A DNA stretch of 64,000 nucleotides, taken from positions 2,852,001-2,916,000 of the forward strand of contig OZ234494.1 in NCBI GenBank assembly GCA_965153455.1, given 5' to 3'. This stretch comes from Sphagnum compactum. Its lineage: Eukaryota. The position numbers were made by a program, and so were the translations under genes. Positions 14,374-27,534 of this stretch are shown here, piece after piece (the stretch's first letter is position 1; each line of letters opens with the position of its first letter). The notes under the pieces are model-generated. The model ran no database searches. It saw only the letters and a list, made by a program, of their open reading frames with translations, and was not told the origin of the DNA.

Positions 14374-17300
14374 TTACTTTGCAGCATACCAATTCCCTGC
14401 AAAATTGGCATCAACAGCAAGTTCGATATCCAAAAAGTTTTTCCCATTGAAAGGGTGCATCATAGCATGCACCACCAAGTCCTTCGCAATTTCAGCAGAC
14501 TCCTCAGGTCCCTCCAAAATCACTTCATCATGTACCTGGTATTTATAAGTTTCATTTGTTATTCACCCGAAGCTGTATGGCAAATAGCACAGGGAACATG
14601 CAGAAAAGTGCACACATGCACAACATTGTGTTCAGACACAAGGTGCTAACTTCATTACAGAAAGGACTAGGAACAGATGTCACACCTGCAGGAGTAGCTT
14701 CCAACCCAGTTCTTGAAGAGCCTCACTCCGGTTGATCTCAAGCATGGCACACATGGCGACATCAGCTGCGCTTCCCTGCACAAACAACACAGATCTTCCT
14801 TAAGCAAATTGAACTGCAGCAATGAAAGACGCACTCATAGAAGTGGTGGGGGGTCAAGAAACATAACAAGGTCATGAGCTACCTGAACAGGTGTGTTTAT
14901 TGCAGCACGCTCCATATGAGAGCGCATCAGTTTATTGTGGGAGTTCACATCAGGTAGATGGCGAGTTCGACCCAGTAATGTATGCACGCGCAGAGTTTGG
15001 TGAGCTTCCTCTCTGCGTTCTTGCTGCCAGGCTAACACTTCTGGCCGATCGCTGTACCACAAGTTGACTGTCTGCTTTGCCTCATCTAAACTCACCTGTG
15101 CGATCAACAAAGCATTTGCAACAACAAATCCCAAAATGCTTTTAGCCAGAAAAAATAATTTTGCAAAGCTCAAACTGTTGAGCTACATGCCAAAGAGCTC
15201 TCAAAGTACATGCAAGCTGTCAGAAAGACTGGTAAGAAGATCAATTCATATGAACATAGAAGCATGAAACCAATATTTCAGAAACCATTGGCAAAACAGA
15301 AAAGCCAATCTCTTCCCACTAAGATATGACCCTGTCACTCCTTGCACATAAAGACATGCATAATGATACCAGTCTCACCTTCCAGTCCTTTGATAGCCCC
15401 ATGGCTGTTTTCCCATAAGCAATTGAGAAATTGAGCATTTTAGCTTTCCTCCTTTCTGATGCAAACATATCCTGAAGGCCAATCCAGATACCATCAGATG
15501 TTGCCACTGAAATTACTGTCTTTTTGAAGTTCCAGATGGGACAAACTAACAAGTTACAAACCAGTTTTGACCCCTGCATAAGTCAATAAGTCCTTGCAAC
15601 AAAATTCTTCAATGCTTTCCCATGCAGAAACACCAGATTACAATTATAGGGCAGCAGAAAAGAAAACACACTTTGAGTAAGGGCACAGGGGGCTTGTCTT
15701 CTCCTTTCCATTCCAGCAACACTCTCCCATTCTCCACAGCCTCACGGACATGGGTATACATGTTCATGGCTGTTCTGGAGTGGAAGTCCCCACCAGCTAT
15801 GAAAGCCTCTTTCATGCTCCGGCACTTAGCCAGGTGTGCCAAGATACGGAGTTCCAACTGACAAACCACAAGCAGCAGACTCAGACAGCGGGCACACCTG
15901 CAACAGGTCTCAGAGTGGCAAAATAGATCTAAAAATCTAATGTCTCCAGTAGTTCAAAGAAAATAGAATGCAGGAAATAAAACTTCACTTCACACAAAAT
16001 AAATACCTGTCCATAGTCAGCAACAATGAGAGACTTCCCAGGAGACGCTACAAAGGCCTGCCGTATCTTATAACGATCCTTCTCCAAGGCTGGTTGATTC
16101 TACAGAGCACCAGAATCATTACAAACAATCAGACACCAGAAGTTGTGTCCAAGCAATAACATGACAAACATTGCACAACCAAGGTGGCTAGGACATTTGC
16201 AACTTAATACAACTTGGCTTACCTCCAACCCGTGAATCATAATCAATCTTCTTAGCATAACAACAGAAATTGTCACTAAGTCACACACTCAGAGTGAGCA
16301 CCATAGACTCTGTATTTGCAAGAAACACAAAGAACCCTGCAAACAAATAGACATCTGCAGTCCCTAAATCATGTATTACTAACTATTATGGATTTGTCTT
16401 CCAACACATAAGTACAGTCTAACATCTGGATCAATGACCCCACAAAGCTGAGTTCACATAAAACCTGCAGGCTTGGCCTTCTTGCAGAGAGACGGCCTGT
16501 TTCAGTATTGATATTTATAGAACAGTGGACCCGTCCATCCTTCACACTTTTGATATCACCTCCCTGCAGAAACCAAACCAATTAGGACATAGCAAACTAC
16601 CTTCATAGGAGCAAGCACCAATTAAACAATCCTTGCTCCCAATAAATGAACCTTGTAACCTCAAAAGAGTGGACAGGTCATCACCTGCAGAGGCTGAATG
16701 AAGTTGGAAATAAGTGTGTTTATTGATGCAACTTCACACAGTGCTGCTAATGCCATGCAAGCTTCTTTGCCTTCCTGACCACCTCCAAAAGCAGCATATG
16801 CCTTTCCATACACAGATATGTCTTCCTCTTGCTCTCCTTCAACACCAGCTGAAGTCAACAAAGCTTCACTCTCAACAACATCTTCAGGCAAATCCAGGTC
16901 AGAGTCACTGTCCAAATCAGAATACTCGATTGCAACTTTCCCTGCAAGTGCCTTCCACCCAACATACCCTAGCAACATAAACAACAGTGCACAACAAAAG
17001 CAAAGAACAAAACAGTGGGATTATGCTACATGTCCGTATGCTAGGCACATGTCTGCTGTTTCCTTCTTGTGTGAGGTTTCTTACAAGTTGCATCAAGTAG
17101 TACGTCCTTCTTATCATCATCAGCAAGTCCTTCAATTGTCAACATAGGATTACAAAACGAGGCAGTTGCTCCACAGAACATCTACTGGTTTATGCTCACC
17201 TTCATTGCAGCACCCCCAACAGCTGGCCATCCTGCAGCAGTGTAGGCATCAATAGGAATGTCTACATCAATTCCTCTTATACAAATGGGACGTGTCTTTT

Positions 17301-20300
17301 TGGGCACCTTCTTGCCTTCCTCTATGAACCCATCTGTATTGGGCACATTAAACACTCGCTCCTTAGGCAGCATCTCTCCAGCATCTTTCCTGTTACGACA
17401 GCAACAGCATAAAACCAGTCTAGACCATCCTGAGTGAACCATAGACAGAAATATCACAAGTTATGACCACACTCCCAACCCACAGCCAATGAAATTGATA
17501 CATAGGTCAGCAACTGCTCCTACCTCCCAGACATTAGTTGGCAAAACTCCCCACCTTACTGTCTACATCATAAAACTTGGCAGCCACCTCAAGTTCATTA
17601 TTCTTACAGAGGTCTTCATAATTCTCAACAATGCACATGAGCTCATGACTCATTAGGCACCAGAAAAACATTTGAAACCAAAGAGCTGGAATTTCAACTT
17701 GAGACAACAAAGAAATCAAGCAAGAAAACAACATTTCAAAACCCACAGAATATCAGGGTTGCACATGATTTTAACCTGTTTGTGACACCTCCCCAAAGTA
17801 GTTGCCGAATTTGAGCATCACTCCCAACATTCATAAGAGCAGCATCTGGACAATATTTTGCTGCCCACTTCCGAAAACGACTAACTGACAGCTTCTGTTG
17901 ACTCAATGCAATTTTCTCAATTTCAGCTAGATGATTGCAATCCACAAGCATTCCATCAGCTTCCATCTGGACCAAAAGTTCTCCAAATGGCCGCCAATAC
18001 TCCTCATAGAAGTCATACATGGACCCCTCCATTCCTAAACCAACCAGCTTCCAGGGTGTTCTCTTCAGTTTTTCTTGCAGACTCTGCCAGAGGTTGAATG
18101 TGCACACAGCATCATATGCAGAATAGTGAATCCAAAGCTCTCTTGAATCCTCTGCCCTCTGCAGCTCCTCTACAGGAGGAATGACCCTCAATTTACCAGG
18201 TGTACCATCCTTGCGTATGTTTGCCTTTCCAAAAAGGGTTTTCATTGACCTCTTTCCAGCAACCATCTCCCCATTCTTGTCCAGGACTCCTACAAGGCCA
18301 TCCATAACTTTCTCATCTGATGTCAGAGCTTCCAGTGAGTAACCCCCTTGGGTACCACGACGTGCTGAGTCCCACAGGCGTGCTAGGTGCATGGTATCTG
18401 CATAGAAGCCTTGTGCATGAATCCCATGCCTGCTTAGAATGTGCTTGTCAAAGCTGTAGTTATGCCACACCTGCATCCAACCAGAGAAAATTATCACACC
18501 TGTGCACAATGCTTAAAGAGTGTTTCAAGGTTTCACCAAAAACCCTCCTGAAAACAGCAAAAGAAGAAAAGCAGTGAAAACATCCTTCCTTTACAAGAAC
18601 ACAGTCCTGCCTTTTCTCACTAGAGTTAAGCAGCCATGACATATAACCCAGCCTTACTCAATTGACAAACCAGAATGAGGTATGCCACCTCCTCATACAG
18701 CACACGGCAGTCAATTGATTCAAAGGATATGGACAAGAAATCCACCAAGAAATTAGAAAAGTATTTATTTGAAAATTACCTTCATCCTCAAAAGCCTATA
18801 AGAAGAACATACTATTTTACCTTCTTGATCGAGGGATCCTCAAAGTAGCACTTAAAGGCCCTTAAAACATCTTCACCACCATCCAGAACGTCAATCCAGA
18901 GGCAATTTTTCCCCTCTCCAAAGTTGCCACTTGGTCCACAGTAAATGCTGAGACAAGTAATGCATCCATGGCCAACTGGGCTTTCTTTCTTCACATCAAT
19001 TCCTGCAACCTGCTTGACATAGCACGTGAGAAAAGCTACATACTCCTATGCCAACAAAGTTAAACTGGAAGTCCTCCCACTAACCCAGGATGAAAAACAC
19101 ACTGGGCATGAACATCATCTTTCACACAGAAGGATAATCAGATGTAGTCTTCTGCAACGGCATATAGCAAGCTACAAGGTATGTAACATGCCTCAGTGTC
19201 ACAAGCATGCACCAAGTGTCTGTACTCTCCCATCAGCTGCTCAAGGACCACCTTGGCCTTCTCCAGTGTGTCAATGACCATAACAGTCTTATTCAGAAAT
19301 GGTTCACTTGCATTAGTGGCTTCCACAGCAGAGGTATCTGGTGCTGATTCCTCTGTCTCAATCACATCAAGGTTCCCAGTGGGTTCAATTATGGCATGTT
19401 TGGCCTGTTTTTGAGGCGAACTAAGTACCCTCTCACTACCGCCTCTACCCCTTCTGATTGGCTCAGATATGGCCACATCTACCTGTTTTTGAGGAACACC
19501 AACATCCTCTATCAGTCTTCTACCCCTTTGGATTGGCTCAGACGTCGTTTCCCATGGATTTCCAGTGGGCATGACACTAGCTCTCTCTATTGGTCTTCTA
19601 CCAATTGCACGGTTCTCAATAACAGCTTTATTAGCCCTTTGTGTCTCTACCCATCCTCTAGTCTTTCCACTTTGCTCAGCTGACGCCACCCAACCCTGCT
19701 GTAAAGAGACCCTGGACCTGTCAACCCATCTTCGCCCCTCACCACCCAGCTTGAAAAATTCAGCCTCCTCTTCCTCTGGAAGATCATAACAACTTGGTGG
19801 AAGTTGCAACTCTTGCTCCTCATCAAGCATTTCAATGTCATAACCAGACAATGAGTCACCTATCTTGCTTTCAAGTTCAATCGATTCAAAAGAAGGAGCA
19901 AACCCCTCCATTCGCTTTGCTGCAACTGAAGCCCTTGCAAAATCCCTTGTCTTACCTCCCAGAGAAGATGCACTTGAAGCTTTTGTAGAACTCCATCCGA
20001 GTTTCTCAGCAGCCCTTTCCCAGGCTTCTCTGGTGCTTGACTTCATAGTGTTATGAGCTGCTTGGGGGGAGGACATTCTCACCTCTGACAATTGCCTGGC
20101 TTGTGAAATTTGTGAACTATGGTTGTTTGCATTCAAGTAGCTGTTGCGTCTGGAAAACTGTGGAAGGGATGCTGGACCAGAAACATCCCCTGTCTTTGAA
20201 CGGACTTGATAAGTCAACCTGACTGTCCTACTTGCTGATCTAGCAGGAGTGCCCCAAGCAGAGCCAGTGTTGCTTGACGGAGTGATATCCATCAACATGG

Positions 20301-21821
20301 TTTGCACTGGACCCTGTTGTGACATTTCTGATTGATGCTGATGATAAATCTCTGTGTCCGTTGAGTATTGGGCAAGGCTGGCTGCCGGTTTCAGTCTTGT
20401 ACTTACAGATTTCCTGATCCCCAGCAGAGTGGCATCTTCTCTGCCTTTCCAGTAATATGGAGGAGTCTCTGTGGGATAAGATGAACAACCCACTAAGGAT
20501 TTTGGCCTGTCATTCTTTGCAGCTACAGTAGTATGTCCATTGGCAACAGCTCCAAATTTGCTACACGTACATGCATTGAACTGAAGCATGTAATTGTGCT
20601 CATATCTACCAGGGCTAATGCAATCTAAGGATCTGTAGGGCATGCCACCACTAAAAGTTCTACTGTAAATTGTGCCAGTGGAAAATGAGGCTCCCAACCA
20701 TGGACTTCGTGATATTGAGGTATTGTACGCCTTCCCTAAATGCCAATCTGTCTGCCTGCAAGAAAATAAATAAAACATCATCAGTACATCTTCAAGAATC
20801 TCAACAGAAAGGCATACAGACTGCAAAATGGGTACCCCTGAGTGCAAACTGCTCTGCTTCTACTAGTTGGAAAAAAGAAGCACTGGGGCAATCAACAATG
20901 GCTAAACTAGCAGGCAGTGAATTGGTCAGTCGCATAAACATACAAGGCCTTGCAAACCATCATGTAGACCATAACAGCAAAGCATGGCCATCTCTCTTTG
21001 GAACAAAAGAAACCCTGAACCCTGATTTCTCTTTGTGAGGAGTACGTTTCTCAGTCCTGTGAAGGAAAAAAGCTCAGTTGTACCATTCACAAAAACACCC
21101 AAAAAAACAGAAAATATATCTTAAACCCCCAAAAGTTAGGCCTATAGACTCCCTTGCAAAAGACTTCCTTCTCACATTCTCTAAACACCGCAAGTTCATT
21201 TGTTAAGAGCATAAGAAAAGCTCTGCAGTAGCTCTGCAAATTGGACAAACAAAACACACGTGTAGCGTCAATTCCTTCACCGATTTTACAACACATATTC
21301 CCAGAAGAATTCCAGTCAGGGTTTCTGTACAATTCACAAAGCTGGGAAAGTAGAACAGGGCAATAATATGGACGGCCTGAACAGAGGCCAGCCAGAATAA
21401 GGATTTCATGTGCACTCTGTTTCCACCGGCTTGCTACCCTAATGTCGCCATCGCGGGGCGAAAAATTCCTTCATGGCAGTCATAGGCACAATGACATGTT
21501 AGGGGCGGAAACAGAAAATGTTAGCGATATTCTTCAAATGTCAGCTAATTGAACGGCCATTGGAATTTGAGGGTTTTAGGGTCTAGAACAGCAGCCAACT
21601 CACAGTTCACTGGAGCCGCCGGCATTTTCAGAAGCGGCTGAAGTGGAGAAAGTGCGCGCAGGCTCGTGTGCAGCAGCAGCAGCAATAGCAGCAGTAGAGA
21701 GCGAGGAGTTTTTGTTGCAAATTAAGGGCGAAGGACGGGGCGACAAGCGCTGCGGGACGGACACCTCCAGACCGCCGCCGAGCGCTGTTGTGACTGTTGC
21801 ATGCATGCTCACCGTGGCCAT
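14374..21821 (-). CDS. POP: Plant organellar DNA polymerase (POP; family A, Pol I-like, chloroplast/mitochondrial)
   Basis: 3'-5' exonuclease motifs VHACDTE|VAGIDVK, KK|VWHNYSFDKH and FYADTMHLARLWDS. Polymerase motifs INTETGRLSARRPSLQ|NQPALEKDRYKIR, ADYGQ|LELRILAH, GGDFHSRTA, ERRKAKMLNFSIAYG, ERAAINTPVQ|GSAADVAM, LLLQ|VHDEVILEGP, NWYAAK*. Exons: 21821-21604, 20755-19192, 19009-18821, 18470-17776, 17389-17200, 16951-16685, 16563-16465, 16099-16007, 15857-15672, 15471-15379, 15095-14883, 14775-14686, 14535-14374. Confidence 0.95.
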
Positions 21822-22197
21822 CACATTAGACGCCGCCGCCGCGGCTGCTTTACCCCTCCCTCTCGTCCTTAACACACCGCTTGCCGTTTCTGCTCTCCAA
21901 ACAAAACCCACTTCCGCTACAGCAGAAGAGCACGAGCAAGAAGAAAGAACAAATTTTAAATCAGAAAAATCAAGGAAAAAGAAAAAGAAAAAACCTAACT
22001 ACTGATAGTTCTTATACATAGTCCTCGAATTCCGTCGTTGTTGAGCACAAAACTAAACAAGCAGCGAAAAACACCATCGCCAAGAGCCGCCGCTGCAACG
22101 CCCGTTTCCTTCTCCTTCCCAGTCTCCCTCTCTTCCCTCTCTCTCTCTCTCGCTTTCTCTCCCCCCTCACTCGTTCTCCCGCTCCATTCGTCTGCAA

Positions 22198-22241
22198 TGG
22201 GAACGGTTTGGGAATGCGTTGGGAACGCATTGGGAACTGCG
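22198..22241. promoter_or_regulatory. Four TGGGAA motifs at 11-bp period with an embedded 8-bp inverted repeat, upstream of POP
   Basis: tgggaacggtt-tgggaatgcgt-tgggaacgcat-tgggaactgcg; aatgcgtt/aacgcatt at 22213-22231. A regulatory role is inferred from position only. Confidence 0.45.
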
Positions 22242-23189
22242 TTCACTGTGTTACCAAATCGAACTTATTGGCTTCATCATGAAGCCAAGTAAATGATACC
22301 CTTATCCGAATTCTCTTTTTTTCTTCTTTTTAAAAATCATTTTAAAAAGAAGTCCCCAGAAATGGGCCAGAACTCCCAGGGATTTTATATTTCTAATTTT
22401 TTTAATATCAAAAATATGGCGAGTTTCTCCAAAAAATTAGCACAAATTAATTGACTTTACACTTTTAAAAATATAAAAATAATCCTTTTTTAATAGTAAA
22501 AAAAGCCATAATTTTTTTCTTTTCTAATAAATCAAGAAATGGTTGCTCTTTCCTTGGGGTCAGTTTTCCTGGTTCAAAGGGAGGAATCTAAACCCCTTGT
22601 AAAAGGCCCTTGAACCCAAAACCCTAAAGGGCCTATTTCATTTTGGCTAATTATTTACTCCATGAATTATCATTATTATTTATTTTCTTAATTATTTTGA
22701 TTACCTTCTAATCAGGTTTTTTTTCCAAAAATTTTGGCAATTTTTTTTCCATAAATTTTGCAAAATTAATCCAATTGGAAAATTAGTCTACCCATCAAAA
22801 AGCATGAAATGAACACCATCATGAACCTAAACATACATAGATTACAAGGAGTAAGAAGCGGAGTGTTTTTAAAAGTGGGATGGATCTTTCATTTATAACT
22901 TATGGTAATATAAAGCAGCTTTGGATGCATGTCTATTGAATGACTAAATTAATTTCGAAAATTTTATATAAAAACTATAAGAGTGTTGAATATTTCAATT
23001 TTCCAAATTTTTTCAAGAATTGTGTCCCTATTATTATTATAGCAAAACATGGTTTTCATGACTATGACAAATTGCAACTAATGATCAAACTACAAAAAAT
23101 TCAATAAAAAAAAACCCATCACACAAAAGACAAAAGAGCAAGGCCAAAGAAAGGCCAAAAGACACACAACTTATAAGAACCAAAGAAGG

Positions 23190-25150
23190 GAGAGAACTAA
23201 TCCCTCTCATGGTAGAAAGCTATCTCCCTCACATTCCGTCTAATGTCACTTGCATGCAAATTATGATATCTAATAATAATAGGGGGTCTGAAACAAGCAT
23301 ATGCCGCCAATGCAATCTTCCTCTCTATAGTAAAGGTTAAAGCACATTGAAAAACAATACTAACACGCTGCTTGAAAATTTTAATGCAAAACGACAAAGA
23401 TAAATGACCTCCTAACCATCTATCATGGAAAAAATAAACACTCCTTAATGAAACGATCCTTATCACGCCCAAGTGTGTTGTGCACCTCCATGGCCATTGA
23501 AATAAAGTGATGCCCCTCATGAAGCCCTCTATACTTGTGGATTTCAACAATGGCATTAAGTGTCGTAGTTCCACCTACTATTCGACTAATGACACTCATT
23601 GCCACCGTCTCCCATGTCGGGTCAATAACCACCACATCAACAACAAAAATTTGGTCCTCACGAAACATGTAAAAATCGGCTCGTAATGAAACTTTTGATG
23701 TAAGGGCATACCACCATTCTACTCCATATAACGTGCCCACTCTCTCGAACAAAGGCATATATGACGTTTTTAATGGTGTCATGTGTGGTTATTCGTTGAC
23801 CTTCGAACAGACAACATGCTAAATGGGTGCCAGATGTGTCTAACCCATGTCCACACTCACATGTGAGAATGCTAAATGTTGAGGGCTAAATCAAACCAAA
23901 ACAAAAACGCGATGACGAGATGAAAATAAAAAGTGCAATGCAGAACAAATGGATGATGGCTTAACAATCAATCATATCCCCATCCCGTTGCCCAAACAAG
24001 AGCAAATGCGGGCCCTGGATGTCAAGGAAATGGAATTGTCTTCCAAGATAAACCTAAAGGAGGTGTCATGATGGATGTCCATCAAAGATGCATACACACC
24101 TAAGGCATCGATAATTGTCAAACTCTCAAAAAAAAGGTGCATCTTTTTAGCTACAAGAGGCAGGCTATCTTGAACTACACGAAAACATGACTAAAGGGTG
24201 TGGGCACCCCTGAACCTAAGAAACATATTCTTTCAAAATGGGTCTATCAAAAATACAAAACCTAAAACACATATACGAAGCCACCAAAGCCCAACACCCT
24301 AGAAAAGCAAATGAGGCAACTTCCATATACAAAATACATATACCACCAAAGGAAATCGATAGTCGAATTTGACTCCTCGTTAAGAGGCCTTGAATAAACT
24401 TTTATGACCCTGGAGTCGTAATGTCCCCACATACCTACATAATTCTCCTGTTGAAAAAGACAGGAAGGAAAAATGAAGTAATGTCTGAGTGAGATAAGAA
24501 GGTCGATGAGCGACACATGAAAACAAAATGCTCCATGCAACATGTGTGTTTCCTAAGAAAAAAAGATCATCAATATGTGCCACGTCTTGAGATAAAACCT
24601 CATCCAAAAAATGCGTGACAAAGTCATGAGAACCCACTGGCACACCCAAAATGCATAAGTCATCTATGACCAAAGTGCAGCCTTGAGGAATTTCGATGCC
24701 TGAAAAGATCTTTGATGGACTCTAAAGCTTACACTTTGACACATTGACCCTTATTCCAACTAAAGTTAATTGGGTTGAAATGTGATCAAAGGCAAGGATA
24801 ATTTCATTCAAAGGGCCCATGATGTGGGTTTCGTCCTCTAAGGATGGAAAAACACAATTAGGGGCTCCCACAATGGTCTTTAAGAATGTTCAATAATGGG
24901 CCATAACAAATAAAAGACCTCTTAAGGTGTCACCCTACCTCATGCCTGAAGATGATTCAATAATGGTGACCCCCTCCTCATGCTACCCATGTTGGTAGTA
25001 AAGAGAATAATGAACACCATAAAATAACATGGTAAAGGGGATAATGTTCGCCAAAGGTCCCCCGACATCTCGTAACTCTCTAAAAATAATAACTCAAAAA
25101 ACATTATTAAAAGTGTTTTCGACATCGGTTTGCATCACAACCCAATTAGC
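23190..25150 (-). mobile_element. Degenerate non-LTR retrotransposon of the RLE (restriction-like endonuclease) group, CRE-like; 5'-truncated pseudogene
   Basis: RT remnants QTDVENTFNNVF, SGMR*GDTL, CVFPSLEDETHIMGP, VNVSKCKL, ILGVPVGSHDFV. Zn-knuckle TCECGHGLDTSGTHLACC...THD. RLE motif RAD(x)n-DVVVIDP. Multiple stops and frameshifts. Confidence 0.75.
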
Positions 25151-25999
25151 ATGTAGGTTGAGGAGGGCTAAAGAGGCAAAAAAGAAAAGAGGACACGACA
25201 ATGAGGGACAATGTTAACCCTCAATAAACAATAGAGTTGTTGAAGAAACAAAAGTAGCTACAACTAAAACCAAAAGAGAAATCAATGTCTCCTACATCAA
25301 ACCATAGATCTTTCCAAAACAATAGAAGGGATCAAATGGGCAGCAATAGTAGAGATGGCCCAAAAAGGAACTACAATCTCAAGCCCAAGAAGGAGTAGAG
25401 GAGTAGATATATGATCTGGAACCAGATCTGCCAAATGTGCTCCAATTTGCTCTTATATATTAATTCAGGTAGTATGTGCGTGCGTATATCTGACACGACA
25501 ATTCTGCTGCAGAATCGGCACCGGCAGAATTGGCACCGACATTTTCTATGGCAGAATCGGGTCGTGGTGGCGGAGAGACACACGCCAGAATATCGTCACC
25601 ACCGACACTCTATGATATATTTGGATGACGACGACGAAGAAGAAGAATAAGAAGCAGAAGAATAACGACACGGTTTCTTTGTGTTTGCTGGAGGATTTTG
25701 AACCTTAACATTCTTCGTAATCGGCGACGCTTGCAGAAAAGTTCTCTTGGAAAGTTGCACCAAGAGCCAGATTTGGGCCGAAGCAATGGGAAGTCCTGTG
25801 ACGCGGTGCTGCTGAAGTGAGTTCCTCCTTTCCGCATTGGATAAACACTGTAGTCGCAATCTTTCTTGCTTCTCTCTGTCTTTGTGAACATTAGCATTGT
25901 TATGGCTCTGTTTTCGTTTTCTTATCTTTGCCGTTCAATGCATGCAGACGGAAGCCAGCAAGCATCAAGGCTATAGTCAGTATCACGGAAGCTGTGTTC

Positions 26000-26284
26000 T
26001 TATGTTGGCCACAGTTCGATAATGCATAGAAGTTGCTTCATCAGAGCGTACCACACATTGGCCAATTGTGCCAAAAAACTACTAAGCAGAAGCACCAGCA
26101 TAATGATTCCTATTTTTGTGTGATCCTCCAACAGCTGGCCTCTAGCAATCAATAATAGTGCAGCTGCAAAAATACCAATCTGTGAAAGAAGGGAGATTGA
26201 CTCTGCCAACTGCACCCCTCTCTTCCTGAAAGGCTTTAAGACCAGAAGATACAGAAGCTGCAAGACAGTGAATGCAAGCACCAC
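26000..26284 (-). pseudogene. Captured fragment of a multi-pass membrane protein gene (resembles the At3g48200-like uncharacterised family), C-terminal TM helices
   Basis: VLAFTVLQLLYLLVLKPFRKRGVQLAESISLLSQIGIFAAALLL...IGIIMLVLLLSSFLAQLANVWYALMKQLL. Family assignment from memory. Confidence 0.6.
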
Positions 26285-26451
26285 AAAATCAATACATTCC
26301 TTTGTTTATTCTGTTCACAAGCACCTTTCTTGAATAACACCCATGAAAAGTCAAAATGACTGAATAAATTAAAGTATTAGCTGATATTCTCAGAAATGGA
26401 TCACAATGTTTGTGAGCATCTGGTTTTGATAGTTGGTTACATTGGTTGCAG

Positions 26452-26860
26452 GATCCTGATGCCCATGTGTTTTCAGCAAATGATCAGAACCTTCTGCCGT
26501 TGCAGACATCATCTGGAGACATAGTCAGCTCAAAATGGATGCTTGGGATTTTGACAGGCGAACAAAATCCCAGTGACAACCGGAGTCATTTTACCCCCGA
26601 GCCATCCCTCAATAATCTATCACAAAGTGGTGAATTAGAAGGTCAGTAGATGCTGGAATTGCTTGAAACTTCAACTCTCCGAGCTGGAGAGGGTGAAAAT
26701 CCTGGTGGCTCTGGAAATGAGTTTTTGCACAATACAGGGACTAAATCTGGTGGGTACCATGGAACCCGAACTCTTGGTAGTATTGGGAAACCTAATTTGA
26801 AGTACCCACAGCTCCATGCACCCAGAGCATATGGGTCATCCCCTATCTATGATTCACATC
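26452..26860 (+). pseudogene. Captured exon of a second, unidentified host gene (low-complexity, S/G-rich)
   Basis: Intron-like acceptor ttggttgcag| at ~26451 followed by ~135 codons in one frame, interrupted by a single TAG (26647-26649). It lies inside the Helitron in the opposite orientation to the neighbouring fragments. Confidence 0.5.
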
Positions 26861-26865
26861 ACAAT

Positions 26866-27530
26866 CCAAAGAGTACCCCAAAGAGAATTCGCCTTGCAAG
26901 GTCAACAAGAACATAAGCTAATCGAGCACCCCTAACAAGTTTATGTGCTAAGGACACAGTTATCTCATCAGTCCTTCTATTGGAGCTTGATGTCCTGATT
27001 TTCTCAGCCCTATCCATTTCAGTGTCAACCAAGCTTGGTACACTGGTGACTGGATTCCCTTCATACATATTCACCAGCTTTGGTGGCCCTTTGAGATCTT
27101 CAAAGAGAGAACCATACCTCGCTTGCCTCCACGATCTACGAGATCCAGAATAAACACCAAAGAGTACCCCAAAGAGAATTCGCCTTGCAAGGTCAACAAG
27201 AACATAAGCTGATCGAGCACCCCCAACAAGTTTATGTGCTAAGGACACAGTTATCTCATCAGTCCTTCTGTTGGAGCTTGATGTCCTGATTTTCTCAGCC
27301 CTATCCATTTCATTGTCAACCAAGCTTGGTACACTGGTGACTGGATTCCCTTCATACAGATTCACCAGCTTTGGTGGCCCTTTGAGATCCTCAAAGAGAG
27401 AACCATACCTTGGCAAGAATGTGGAAGCCAGGCCTTTTTTCCTGAACCACTTGCCTGGTCGGCCTCAAATATCTTGCATGGATTTTTGACAACACACGAG
27501 AATTGCCATCTGAAATCACATTGCATATCA
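26866..27530 (-). pseudogene. Captured upstream fragment of the same membrane-protein gene, with a 291-bp-period tandem duplication
   Basis: GRPGKWFRKKGLASTFLPRYGSLFEDLKGPPK...AYVLVDLARRILFGVLFG. The blocks 26866-27119 and 27157-27410 are near-identical (about 6 differences seen). Confidence 0.7.
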
Positions 27531-27534
27531 ACAG

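Noticed and set aside
14374-21821. Pol I-like gene as bacterial contamination or recent HGT
   Set aside because: It has 12 spliceosomal introns and the motifs and targeting-type N-terminus of the standard plant POP family.
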